DNA of 64,000 bases from contig OZ241979.1 of assembly GCA_965204235.1 (NCBI GenBank), forward strand, positions 2,317,589 to 2,381,588, given 5' to 3'. The notes below the pieces were generated by a model that saw only the letters and a program-made list of their open reading frames with translations, was not told the origin of the DNA and ran no database searches. The position numbers and the translations under genes were made by a program. The stretch comes from an uncultured Candidatus Binatia bacterium (GTDB taxonomy: Bacteria > Desulfobacterota > Binatia > UBA9968 > JAJDTQ01). Every line of letters starts with the position of its first letter. Positions within the stretch are counted from its first letter, which is position 1. Shown piece by piece: positions 18,955 to 29,729 of the stretch.

Positions 18955-19164
18955 GAGTCCCCCCTTGCGAAAACTCCGATCCAATGTCGTTGGCCGACGA
19001 TCCCGACCTCGCGGCCGCCATCCGGTCGGGTCTCGACGCGAGCCTGAAGCGGCTCGGCATCCACTACGTGGACATCTACCATCTCCACGGCGTGAGCGCC
19101 GCACGCTACGACTTTGCGGCGAGCGTCCTGGCGCCTTCCCTCACGCGCTTCGGACGGGGCGCCG

Positions 19165-19215
19165 GGATCGCATCCTTCGACTTCGCTACGCTCAGGACGA
19201 ACGGAGAGAGGCTCT
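19165..19215 (-). repeat. Family-A interspersed repeat copy (core GCGTCCTTCGACTTCGCTACGCTCAGGACGAACGG)
   Basis: Shares a core of at least 40 bp with 13 other loci in this window. Confidence 0.8.
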
Positions 19216-19313
19216 TCTCTTTGCTCGCTGCATAGGGCAACTTCCCGGCTTCGCGTTTCGAGTCACCCTGCCGGTGGGTGGAGACTTCCCGACGGATGAC
19301 CTGACACAGCCCG

Positions 19314-20192
19314 TCAGCCGAAGCGCCCGGTGATGTAGTCCTCGGTGAGGGGGTGGATGGGGTTGGTGAAGATCCGGTCGGTGGGGCCGGCCTCCAGCAG
19401 GTCTCCCAAGTGGAAGTAGGCGGTGCGCTGCGAGACCCGGGCGGCCTGCTGCATGGAGTGGGTGACGATGGCGATGGCGTAGTCGCGTCCCAGCTCGTTG
19501 ATGAGGTCTTCCACCCGGGCGGTGGCGATGGGGTCCAGGGACGAGCAGGGCTCGTCCATGAGGATGACCTCGGGGCTCACCGCGATGGTCCGGGCGATGC
19601 ACAGCCGCTGCTGCTGGCCGCCGGAAAGGCCGGTGCCGGGCTGGTCGAGCCGGTCGTGCACCTCTTCCCACAGGCCCACCCGCTTCAGGCTGCTCTCGAC
19701 GATCCCGTCCAGCTCGGACCTGGACCCGGCCAACCCGTGGATGCGCACGCCGTAGGCGATGTTGTCGAAGATCGACTTGGGGAAGGGGTTGGGTTTCTGG
19801 AACACCATCCCCACCTCCGCCCGGAGCGGCACCACGTCCATGTCCTTGTCGTAGATGTCCAGGCCGTCGAGCCTGATCTCGCCGCTCACGCGGCAGCCGT
19901 CGATGGTGTCGTTCATCCGGTTGAGGGTACGCAGGAAGGTGGACTTGCCGCACCCGGACGGCCCGATCATGGCCAGCACCTGCTTCCGCCCGATGTCCAG
20001 GCTCACGTTCCGGATGGCCTGCTTGTCGCCGTAATGGACGTTGACGCCGCGGCAGGTCATGCGCGGGTCGTCGATGAACGGCGCGCCCACGGTCTCACGG
20101 CTCTCCCGGCGCTCGTCGGCCTCGCTCGTCCCGGTCTCCCCGAACTCCGGCGTGTCCGCCTGCATGACTGCCGCACTCGATTGGTTGGCCAT
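19314..20192 (-). CDS. pstB: Phosphate ABC transporter ATP-binding protein PstB
   Basis: Walker [23 protein letters not shown]. PstB-specific N-terminal extension. Confidence 0.95.
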   Translation of the reverse strand: MANQSSAAVMQADTPEFGETGTSEADERRESRETVGAPFIDDPRMTCRGVNVHYGDKQAIRNVSLDIGRKQVLAMIGPSGCGKSTFLRTLNRMNDTIDGCRVSGEIRLDGLDIYDKDMDVVPLRAEVGMVFQKPNPFPKSIFDNIAYGVRIHGLAGSRSELDGIVESSLKRVGLWEEVHDRLDQPGTGLSGGQQQRLCIARTIAVSPEVILMDEPCSSLDPIATARVEDLINELGRDYAIAIVTHSMQQAARVSQRTAYFHLGDLLEAGPTDRIFTNPIHPLTEDYITGRFG

Positions 20193-20265
20193 CGTCGGCG
20201 TCTCCCGGACCGTGTATCCCGCGGCGTGCGGGCAACCTCTTCGTGGAACGGCTGAACGACGCCGG

Positions 20266-20338
20266 CTCTCCCCTGGGAAAGCGCGTCCTTCGACTCCGCT
20301 TCGCTCGGGACCAACGGAGACGGTCGTTCAGGGTTCCT
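20266..20338 (-). repeat. Family-A repeat copy inside the pstA-pstB intergenic gap
   Basis: CTCTCCCCTGGGAAAGCGCGTCCTTCGACTCCGCTTCGCTCGGGACCAACGG. Confidence 0.75.
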
Positions 20339-20352
20339 CCCTTGTGCCAGTT

Positions 20353-21642
20353 TTACCAGCGTCTTTCAAAGCGTCCCCGCAGCACCACGGCCAGGGCGTT
20401 CATGGCGAGGAGGAACGCCAGCAGCACCATGATGGCCGCGGAAGTGCGCTCCACGAAGGCGCGCTCGGGGCTGTCCGCCCAGAGGAAGATCTGCACCGGA
20501 AGCGCGGTGGCCGCGTCCGTGACTCCCTGGGGGATGTCCACCACGAAGGCCACCATGCCGATCATCAGCAGCGGCGCAGTCTCGCCCAGGGCCCGGGCCA
20601 TGCCGATGATGGCTCCGGTCAACATGCCCGGCATGGCCAGGGGCAGCACATGGTGCACGATCATCTGCATCTTCGACGCGCCCACCCCCAACGCCGCGTC
20701 CCGGATGGAGGGGGGCACCGACTTGAGCGCGGCGCGGCCGGCGATGATGACGGTGGGGAGGGTCATGAGGGTGAGCACCAACCCTCCCACCAGCGGCGCG
20801 GAGCGCGGCAGGCCGAAGAAGTTGATGAACACCGCCAATCCCAACAGGCCGAACACGATGGAGGGCACCGCAGCCAGGTTGTTGGTGTTCACCTCGATCA
20901 GGTCGGTCAGGCGGTTCCGGGGAGCGAACTCCTCCAGATAGACCGCGGTGGCCGCCCCCAGCGGGAACGACAACAGCAGGGTGACCGTGAGGGTGAAGAA
21001 CGACCCCATGACCGCGCCCCGGATGCCCGCCAGCTCGGGCTCCCGGGAGTCCCCCGCGGTGAAGAAGGTCTCGTTGAACCGCGACTCCACCCGCCCGGCC
21101 GCGGCGAGCCGGTCGAACCACCCGATCTGCCTGTCGGACAGCCGCCGGTCGCTCTCCGGCAGGCTCCGATCGACGTTCCCCTTGTGGAGCATGTCGTAGT
21201 CGTCGTTGGCGGGCGCCCATACCTCGGCTCGGGCGCCTATCAGCGAGGGGTCTTCGAGGGTCATGCGGCGTAACTGGAAGACGGCGCCCGGACTGACGAG
21301 CTTGCCCAGCTCGCGGCGGTCCCTCCTCCCTTTCACCTCGGGGAAGAGCGAGCGCACGGACGCCTTGACCAGGGCACCGTAGTCGGCCGCCCCGACGAGC
21401 TCCTCGCCGCCCGCGCCCCCGGGGTCGATGACCTGCGGGTCGAAGAAGACCGGCAGCTTCACCCAGGTCTGCCGGAAGGCGGGATAACCCTTGGCGACGA
21501 TGCTGACGAACATCAGCGCCAGGAAGGCGAGACCCACCAGCACCGCCAGGCGTCCGAGGTTCCGGAAGCGGCGTTCGGCCCGGCGCCTGCGGGGAAGGGT
21601 GCCGCGCACGCTCTCCATGGTGTTCCCGGGGCGCGGTCCCAT
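20353..21642 (-). CDS. pstA: Phosphate ABC transporter permease PstA
   Basis: Long-form PstA with a periplasmic insert. EAA-type loop. Gene order pstC-pstA-pstB. Confidence 0.9.
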   Translation of the reverse strand: MGPRPGNTMESVRGTLPRRRRAERRFRNLGRLAVLVGLAFLALMFVSIVAKGYPAFRQTWVKLPVFFDPQVIDPGGAGGEELVGAADYGALVKASVRSLFPEVKGRRDRRELGKLVSPGAVFQLRRMTLEDPSLIGARAEVWAPANDDYDMLHKGNVDRSLPESDRRLSDRQIGWFDRLAAAGRVESRFNETFFTAGDSREPELAGIRGAVMGSFFTLTVTLLLSFPLGAATAVYLEEFAPRNRLTDLIEVNTNNLAAVPSIVFGLLGLAVFINFFGLPRSAPLVGGLVLTLMTLPTVIIAGRAALKSVPPSIRDAALGVGASKMQMIVHHVLPLAMPGMLTGAIIGMARALGETAPLLMIGMVAFVVDIPQGVTDAATALPVQIFLWADSPERAFVERTSAAIMVLLAFLLAMNALAVVLRGRFERRW

Positions 21643-21645
21643 GAG

Positions 21646-23025
21646 CTACTCGTACTGCTCCCGGTACTTGCGCACCACGTGCAGCGCCACCACGTTCAGG
21701 CCCAGGGTCATGACGAAGAGCACCAGGCCCAGGGCGAACGCGGCCAGCGTCTTGGGGCTGTCGAACTCCTGGTCGCCCGTCAGCAGGGTGACGATCTGCA
21801 CCGTCACCGTGGTGACGGCCTGCAGCGGGTTGGCCGTCAGGTTGGCGGCGAGCCCCGCGGCCATGACCACGATCATGGTCTCCCCGATGGCCCGCGAGAT
21901 GGCCAGCAGGACGCCGCCGACGATGCCGGGGAGCGCCGCGGGGATGACCACCCGCTTGATGGTCTCGGATTGGGTGGAGCCCAGGGCGTAGGCGCCGTCG
22001 CGCATGGCCTGGGGCACGGCGTTGATGACGTCGTCGGACAGCGAGGAGACGAACGGGATGATCATCATCCCCATGACCAGCCCCGCGGCCAGGGCGCTCT
22101 CGGACGCCACGTCGAGGCCCATGGCCCCTCCCCATCCACGGATGAACGGCGCCACCGTCAGGGCCGCGAAGAACCCATAGACCACGGTGGGGATGCCGGC
22201 CAGCACTTCGAGCAGGGGCTTGACCACCGCGCGCGTCCGGGGCCGGGCGTACTCGGTGAGGTAGATGGCCGACATCAGGCCCACGGGCACGGCCACCAGC
22301 ATGGCGATGAAGGAGATGAGCAGGGTGCCGGCGAACAGCGGGACGGCGCCGAAGGCCCCGGACGCGCCCACCTGGTCGGCTCGGATGGCGGTCTGGGGGC
22401 TCCACTCGACGCCGAAGAGGAACTCGCGCAACGGCACCGTCTGGAAGAAGCGGAGCGATTCGAACAACACCGACAGCACGATCCCCACGGTGGTGAGGAT
22501 GGCGAGGGTGGAGCTGGCCATCAGGAAGCCGAGTATGATCCGCTCCACCGCGTTGCGCGCGCGCTTGCCGGGCTTGATGGTGCGCCAGGACATGGCGCCG
22601 CAGACCGTGGCCAGCGCGAGCACCGCCACGGTGAGGGCGATGGCGCCGTAGCCCTGCAAGCGCACGTACCGGTCCGCCGCGGCGATCATGGCGGGGCTCT
22701 TGCGGGAGGCGATGTTGCCCGCCGCCAGGTTCCGGATGTCGTTGACCACCAGGTTGAGCCGCTCGGGCGGCAGGTCCCGGACCTCTTGGGGCAGGTCGGC
22801 CACCACGATCCGGGTGATGACGGGGCCCTGGAGGGTCACTCCGACGGCCAGCAGCAGCAGGGCCGGGACCGCGGCCCACAGGGCGGTGTAGAGGCCGTGG
22901 TAGCCGGGAAGGGAGTGCAGGTTGCGGACGGTCCCCCGGGCCAGGGAGATGGACCGTCTCCAGCCCAGGTAATAGCTTACCGAGCTCAAGCCCAGTAACG
23001 CGAGGATCAAACTTGGAGAGCCCAT
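21646..23025 (-). CDS. pstC: Phosphate ABC transporter permease PstC
   Basis: Polytopic permease immediately upstream of pstA. Confidence 0.9.
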   Translation of the reverse strand: MGSPSLILALLGLSSVSYYLGWRRSISLARGTVRNLHSLPGYHGLYTALWAAVPALLLLAVGVTLQGPVITRIVVADLPQEVRDLPPERLNLVVNDIRNLAAGNIASRKSPAMIAAADRYVRLQGYGAIALTVAVLALATVCGAMSWRTIKPGKRARNAVERIILGFLMASSTLAILTTVGIVLSVLFESLRFFQTVPLREFLFGVEWSPQTAIRADQVGASGAFGAVPLFAGTLLISFIAMLVAVPVGLMSAIYLTEYARPRTRAVVKPLLEVLAGIPTVVYGFFAALTVAPFIRGWGGAMGLDVASESALAAGLVMGMMIIPFVSSLSDDVINAVPQAMRDGAYALGSTQSETIKRVVIPAALPGIVGGVLLAISRAIGETMIVVMAAGLAANLTANPLQAVTTVTVQIVTLLTGDQEFDSPKTLAAFALGLVLFVMTLGLNVVALHVVRKYREQYE

Positions 23026-23139
23026 TTCGGGGAGCCCGTTGCGTCGGCAGTGTCCGTCCTCGCCGTGAGGGGTCGTGGGTCGAGAGTCCGGCTGCGGCGG
23101 GTCGCTCCCGTCGCAGCCGGACTCGGGCCGGGGGCCGGG

Positions 23140-24192
23140 TTACAGAGCCAGGTTCTTGAGGTTCTCCACGTCCGTGGAGAACTGCTCCCGCTCCTTCCGG
23201 GGCATGGGGATCAGCCCCTTGTCGGACAGGTAGCCGTCGTCGCCCCACGCCTTCTCGCTGGTGTATTCGGCGAGGAACTCCCTCATGCCGGCGATCACGT
23301 CCAGATGGGCCTTCTTGATATAGACGTAGAGCGGACGCGAGACCGGGTAGCTGCCGTCGGCGATGGTCTCGAACTCGGGCTCCACGCCGTTGATGGACGC
23401 GCCCCGGAGCTTGTCCGTGTTCTGGTCGAGGAAGCTGAAGCCGAAGATCCCGAACGCGTCGGGGTTGGCGTCGAGCTTCTGCACGATGAGGTTGTCGTTC
23501 TCGCCCGCCTCGACGAAGGCGCCGTCCTCGCGCATGGTGCGGCAGGCCGTCCTTTGGGGCTTCTTGGAGAGCTTCCCGATGCCGGCGAAGGTCTTGCAGC
23601 CGGCGTCCATCACCAACTCCACGAACGCGTCCCGGGTGCCGGACGTGGGCGGGGGACCCAGCACCTCGATCTTCTTGTCCGGGAGCTTGGCGTCCACGTC
23701 CTTCCACGTCTTGTTGGGGTTCGCCTTCCGCTTGGACCCGTCCGCGTTGGCCGGCACGTCCTTGGCCAGGGCGAGGTAGAGGTCCCGGGGGGTGAGGCTC
23801 AGGGCCGCGCCCTTCTTCGAGTTGGCCACCGCGATGCCGTCGTAGCCCACCTTGAGCTCGATGACCTCAGCCACGCCGTTCCTGGCGCAACGCTCGACCT
23901 CGCTCTTCTTGATCCGCCGCGACGAGTTGGTCATGTCCGGGTGCTCCACGCCCACGCCGGCACAGAAGAGCTTCAGGCCGCCGCCCGAGCCGGTGGACTC
24001 GACCTTGGGGGTCCTGAACTTGGTGGTCTTGCCGAACTGCTCGGCCACCACCGTGGTAAACGGATAGACCGTGGACGACCCCACGATCTGGATGTAGTCC
24101 CGCTGTTGCGCCGCCGCCGGGGCCGCCAGACCCGTCGCGGCCAACACCGCTACCGCGGCTGCCGGGGCTTTCCGCACACCTTTCCCATACAT
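23140..24192 (-). CDS. pstS: Phosphate-binding protein PstS
   Basis: Signal peptide. VGSSTVYPF motif. AGGAGGA RBS. Start taken at MYGKG. Confidence 0.9.
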   Translation of the reverse strand: MYGKGVRKAPAAAVAVLAATGLAAPAAAQQRDYIQIVGSSTVYPFTTVVAEQFGKTTKFRTPKVESTGSGGGLKLFCAGVGVEHPDMTNSSRRIKKSEVERCARNGVAEVIELKVGYDGIAVANSKKGAALSLTPRDLYLALAKDVPANADGSKRKANPNKTWKDVDAKLPDKKIEVLGPPPTSGTRDAFVELVMDAGCKTFAGIGKLSKKPQRTACRTMREDGAFVEAGENDNLIVQKLDANPDAFGIFGFSFLDQNTDKLRGASINGVEPEFETIADGSYPVSRPLYVYIKKAHLDVIAGMREFLAEYTSEKAWGDDGYLSDKGLIPMPRKEREQFSTDVENLKNLAL

Positions 24193-24336
24193 GGTCCGAT
24201 CCTCCTTCGATGACGCCTTTGTCGCCGGGCCCGCGGCGAGCCGCAAGACCCTACCGTTTCCGGCGGGAACCTAACCGATGGGAATGAACCGTTTATTACT
24301 TCTATTACGCTCTCGTTACCCTTGCATCACACGCGG

Positions 24337-24363
24337 ATGAACCGACGGTTACAATCGTGTTAC
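24337..24363 (-). promoter_or_regulatory. Pho-box-like direct repeats upstream of pstS
   Basis: TGAAC-N5-GTTAC-N6-GTTAC on the plus strand (about 11-bp periodicity), next to an AT-rich stretch. Confidence 0.35.
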
Positions 24364-24499
24364 GCGCCCCCCGACTTCCCTTGCCGCCCGATGTCCTCCA
24401 GGCGCCATTGCAGCGTCAGCCGGTCGAGGGAGGCCAAGGGAAGGTTGACGAAGATCGAGATCCGGTTGTGCAGCATAGGGTGGTTTGCGGACTCGTTAC

Positions 24500-24607
24500 G
24501 GAAACCCTGGACAATTGCCCCGTTCGTCCTGAGCGTAGCGAAGCGAAGTCGAAGGACACGCTTTCCCATGAGGAGAGGAACTCAAGCGAGAATGGACCAG
24601 AGGTTCC
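24500..24607 (+). repeat. Family-A repeat copy abutting the aquaporin stop codon
   Basis: GGAAACCCTGGACAATTGCCCCGTTCGTCCTGAGCGTAGCGAAGCGAAGTCGAAGGACACGCTTTCCCATGAGGAGAGG...GAATGGACCAGAGGTTCC. Confidence 0.8.
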
Positions 24608-25294
24608 TTACCGCGCCGCGGGCGGCGCCAGCCAGCGGAACAACAGGGTGGCCGCGCCGGCGCCGACGAGCTGCACGACGATGAACGCGGGCGCGTGCAT
24701 GGGGTGGATGCCGGTGAACGTGTCCGACAGCGTCCGGGCCGCGGTCACCGCGGGGTTGGCGAACGACGAGGATGAGGTGAACCAGCAGGCCGCGGTGATG
24801 TAACCGCCGACGGCGAACGGTATTGCGGACTTCCGGTAACGGGAGCAGCCATGGATCACCGACAACAGTCCGAAGGTGGCGACGAGCTCGCCCAGCCATT
24901 GCCCCGCTCCGGTGCGACGGTTCTGCGAGAAGAACACCGCGGGCTCGTCGAACATGAGGTTGGCGGCCACGACCCCGGCGACGGCTCCCGCCACCTGCGC
25001 GCCCACGTAGCCCGGGACCTCGCGCCAGGGCAGTCCGCCCCGGGCCGCCTCCGCCGCGGTCACCGCGGGGTTGAAGTGCGCGCCGGATATGGGGCCGAAG
25101 GCCAGGATCAGGACGGTGAGCGCGGCTCCGGTGGACACCGTGTTGGCCAGCAGCGCCACCGCGGCGTCGCCGCCCGCCAGCCGCTCCCCCATGATGCCCG
25201 AGCCCACCACCGCGGCCAGCAGGAACGCCGTGCCCACGGCTTCCGCGGTCAGGCGACGAGGGAGGTCTTGCAGGTTCGTTTCGGTCCGTCCCAT
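24608..25294 (-). CDS. Aquaporin / MIP-family channel
   Basis: Two NPA boxes (HFNPAVT, ANPAVT). Six TM helices. Confidence 0.9.
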   Translation of the reverse strand: MGRTETNLQDLPRRLTAEAVGTAFLLAAVVGSGIMGERLAGGDAAVALLANTVSTGAALTVLILAFGPISGAHFNPAVTAAEAARGGLPWREVPGYVGAQVAGAVAGVVAANLMFDEPAVFFSQNRRTGAGQWLGELVATFGLLSVIHGCSRYRKSAIPFAVGGYITAACWFTSSSSFANPAVTAARTLSDTFTGIHPMHAPAFIVVQLVGAGAATLLFRWLAPPAAR

Positions 25295-25365
25295 GGGTCC
25301 GGGGCCGAGATGTCGAGCCGCGTCTCCCGGGCGAGGGCGCCCGGGACGCCGGCCGCGGACCTTGG

Positions 25366-25389
25366 TTCCATAAGTCCAGTATTATGGAA
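25366..25389. promoter_or_regulatory. Perfect palindrome TTCCATAA-N8-TTATGGAA in the divergent aquaporin/TRAP intergenic region
   Basis: 8-bp perfect inverted repeat. Likely a dimeric transcription-factor operator. Confidence 0.4.
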
Positions 25390-25441
25390 ACACGGCGGCG
25401 AAATCAAGCGCGGCGTCTGGCGTCAGGGACAGTCCCTGTAC

Positions 25442-25471
25442 TTGACGCGATTCGACAAGTTTCTCTACTAT
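25442..25471 (+). promoter_or_regulatory. Candidate sigma70 promoter for the TRAP SBP gene
   Basis: TTGACG-N18-TACTAT. Confidence 0.35.
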
Positions 25472-25573
25472 GACCCGTCCGTCCCGACCGGAAGGCCGAC
25501 GGCCGCTCTGCCGGCCGGACGCCGCCCCGGGTCGGGGAGGCGACAACTAAAAGCAACGCAAGGAGGGAAGGAA

Positions 25574-26668
25574 ATGAAACGACGCAAGTTCATCAGGACG
25601 TTGGGAACCGCGGGCTTGGCCACGGGAGCGCTGGTTTCCGGCGCCCCTGCGGTGCACGCCCAGAAGACCTACCGATGGAAGATGGTCACCACTTGGCCGA
25701 AGAACTTTCCGGGCCTGGGGACCGGCGCCAACTACTTGGCCGACATCGTGGGCAGGATGTCCGGCGGACGCCTGACGGTCAAGGTCTATGGCGGCGGCGA
25801 GTTGGTCCCTCCCTTCGAGTCCTTCGACGCGGTGTCCCAGGGGACCGCGGAGATGGGGCACGCCGCGGCCTACTACTGGAAGGGCAAGAGCCCCGCGGCG
25901 CAGTTCTTCGCCGCGGTCCCGTTCGGACTCAACGCCGACGAGATGGCCGGCTGGATCCACTACGGCGGCGGACAGAAGCTGTGGGACGACCTGTACGCCG
26001 ACTTCAACCTCAAGCCCTTCGCCACCGGCAACACCGGCGTGCAGATGGGAGGGTGGTTCAACAAGGAGATCCGGTCGGTGGACGACTACAAGGGCCTCAA
26101 GATGCGCATGCCGGGTCTTGGCGGGGAGGTCATCAAGCGGGCCGGAGCCACGGTGGTGAACCTGCCCGGCGGCGAGATCTTCCCGTCGCTGCAATCCGGC
26201 GCCATCGACGCCACCGAGTGGGTGGGTCCCTACAACGACCTGGCCTTCGGCTTCTACAAGGCCGCCAGTTACTACTACTGGCCCGGCTGGCACGAGCCCG
26301 GCACGGTGCTGGAAGCCTTCGTCAACCGGAAGGCCTACGAGGAGCTGCCCGGGGACTTGCAGGCGGTGGTGGAGCAGGCCACCAAGGCGGCGTACAACGA
26401 CATGTTCTCGGAGTTCACCGCGCGCAACAACGCGGCGCTGGTGGAGCTGGTGCAGAAGCACAAGGTCAAGCTGCGGAAGTTCCCCGAGGCCGTGCTCGGG
26501 AAGATGGCGGACCTGAGCCTCGAGGTGGTGGCCGAAGCCGCCAAGGCGGACCCCGCTTCCAGGGCCGTGTTCGAGTCCTTCGACAAGTTCCGCGCCCAGT
26601 CCTCCAACTGGAACCGTATCGGGGAAGCCGGTTTCAGCGCCGCGAGAAGCCTGGCCGTCAAGGGCTGA
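25574..26668 (+). CDS. dctP: TRAP transporter substrate-binding protein (DctP family), Tat-exported. No adjacent dctQM.
   Basis: Twin-arginine signal RRKFIRTLGTAGLATGALV. DctP-family length and motifs. AGGAGGGAAGG RBS. Confidence 0.85.
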   Translation: MKRRKFIRTLGTAGLATGALVSGAPAVHAQKTYRWKMVTTWPKNFPGLGTGANYLADIVGRMSGGRLTVKVYGGGELVPPFESFDAVSQGTAEMGHAAAYYWKGKSPAAQFFAAVPFGLNADEMAGWIHYGGGQKLWDDLYADFNLKPFATGNTGVQMGGWFNKEIRSVDDYKGLKMRMPGLGGEVIKRAGATVVNLPGGEIFPSLQSGAIDATEWVGPYNDLAFGFYKAASYYYWPGWHEPGTVLEAFVNRKAYEELPGDLQAVVEQATKAAYNDMFSEFTARNNAALVELVQKHKVKLRKFPEAVLGKMADLSLEVVAEAAKADPASRAVFESFDKFRAQSSNWNRIGEAGFSAARSLAVKG

Positions 26669-26711
26669 AGACCCCCCAAATCCACCACCAAATCCGTGGT
26701 GAGCGTGGCAG

Positions 26712-26731
26712 GGAGGGTCAAGTCCCTCCCC
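26712..26731 (+). terminator. GGGAGGG-N6-CCCTCCC hairpin after the TRAP SBP gene
   Basis: Perfect 7-bp stem. No T-run. Confidence 0.3.
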
Positions 26732-26761
26732 TCCGCGCAGTACCGCAGCAACTCCCGCTGA

Positions 26762-28819
<2,058 letters not shown>

Positions 28820-28887
28820 GGGCCGCGGCGCCATGCGACGCCGGCGGCAGACCCGGCCGGCAGGGAGACGGGACTCCGGTTCGGCAA

Positions 28888-29712
28888 ATGCTCTACGTGG
28901 TAGCCACGCCCATCGGCAACCTGGAGGACATCACCTTGCGCGCCTTGCGCGTGCTGCGGGAGGTGGACGTGATCGCCGCGGAAGACACCCGGCGCACTCG
29001 CAAGCTGCTGGCCCGCTACGAGATCCACACGCCCCTCACCAGTTACCACGAGGGCAACGAGCGCGCCAAGGCCGAGACCCTGGTGCAGCGGCTGGAGGCG
29101 GGCGAGAGCGTGGCGCTGGTGTCGGACGCGGGCACCCCGACCATCTCGGACCCCGGTTACCGTCTGGTCCGCGCCGCGGCCGGCAGGGGGTTGCCGGTAA
29201 CGCCGGCGCCCGGGGCCTCCGCAGCCGTGGCCGCGTTGAGCGTGTGCGGGCTGGCCACGGACCGGTTCGTGTTCCAGGGGTTCCTGCCGTCCAGGCGGGG
29301 ACGACGGAGGGAGAAGCTGCAAGAGCTCCGGGACGACGACAGGACCGCGGTGTACTACGAGGCGCCGCGCCGGATCAGGGATACGCTGTCGGACATGCGC
29401 GAAATCCTGGGAGACCGGGCCGCGCTGGTGGGGCGGGAACTCACCAAGGTCCACGAGGAACTGCTGCGCGGGACGCTTTCCGAACTGGCGGAAAGACTGG
29501 ACCACGACGCCCCGCGCGGGGAGTTCGTCATCGTGGTCGCGGGACGCGGCGAGACGCCGGAGGTCGATGAAGAGCTGCTGCGGGCGGAGGCCGCCAAGCT
29601 CCTCCGGACCGGGCGCAAGGCCAACGACGTGGCCAAGCTCATGGCGCAGACCTTTCCGTTGGCGAAACGCGACGCTTACGAGCTGGTGCTGGAAATCGCC
29701 AAACGTCGGTGA
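28888..29712 (+). CDS. rsmI: 16S rRNA (cytidine1402-2'-O)-methyltransferase RsmI
   Basis: MLYVVATPIGNLEDITLRAL tetrapyrrole-methylase-fold N-terminus typical of RsmI. Confidence 0.9.
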   Translation: MLYVVATPIGNLEDITLRALRVLREVDVIAAEDTRRTRKLLARYEIHTPLTSYHEGNERAKAETLVQRLEAGESVALVSDAGTPTISDPGYRLVRAAAGRGLPVTPAPGASAAVAALSVCGLATDRFVFQGFLPSRRGRRREKLQELRDDDRTAVYYEAPRRIRDTLSDMREILGDRAALVGRELTKVHEELLRGTLSELAERLDHDAPRGEFVIVVAGRGETPEVDEELLRAEAAKLLRTGRKANDVAKLMAQTFPLAKRDAYELVLEIAKRR

Positions 29713-29729
29713 GAACCGACTTTCGCCCC

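Noticed and set aside
17852-19104. Two long overlapping minus-strand ORFs (402 aa and 388 aa) over the DUF3500 region
   Set aside because: Only the frame beginning MSHAVRAV (signal peptide plus DUF3500-like motifs) is convincing. The 402-aa frame is R/G/P-rich noise. The N-terminal 50 codons of the 388-aa frame are upstream non-coding.
20366-23707. 1113-aa ORF antisense to pstA/pstC/pstS
   Set aside because: Same high-GC artefact. The pst genes on the minus-strand coding frame have clear signatures.
24322-24803. Small plus-strand ORFs upstream of pstS (120 aa and 148 aa)
   Set aside because: They overlap the pstS promoter and repeat region and the antisense of the aquaporin gene. No motifs.
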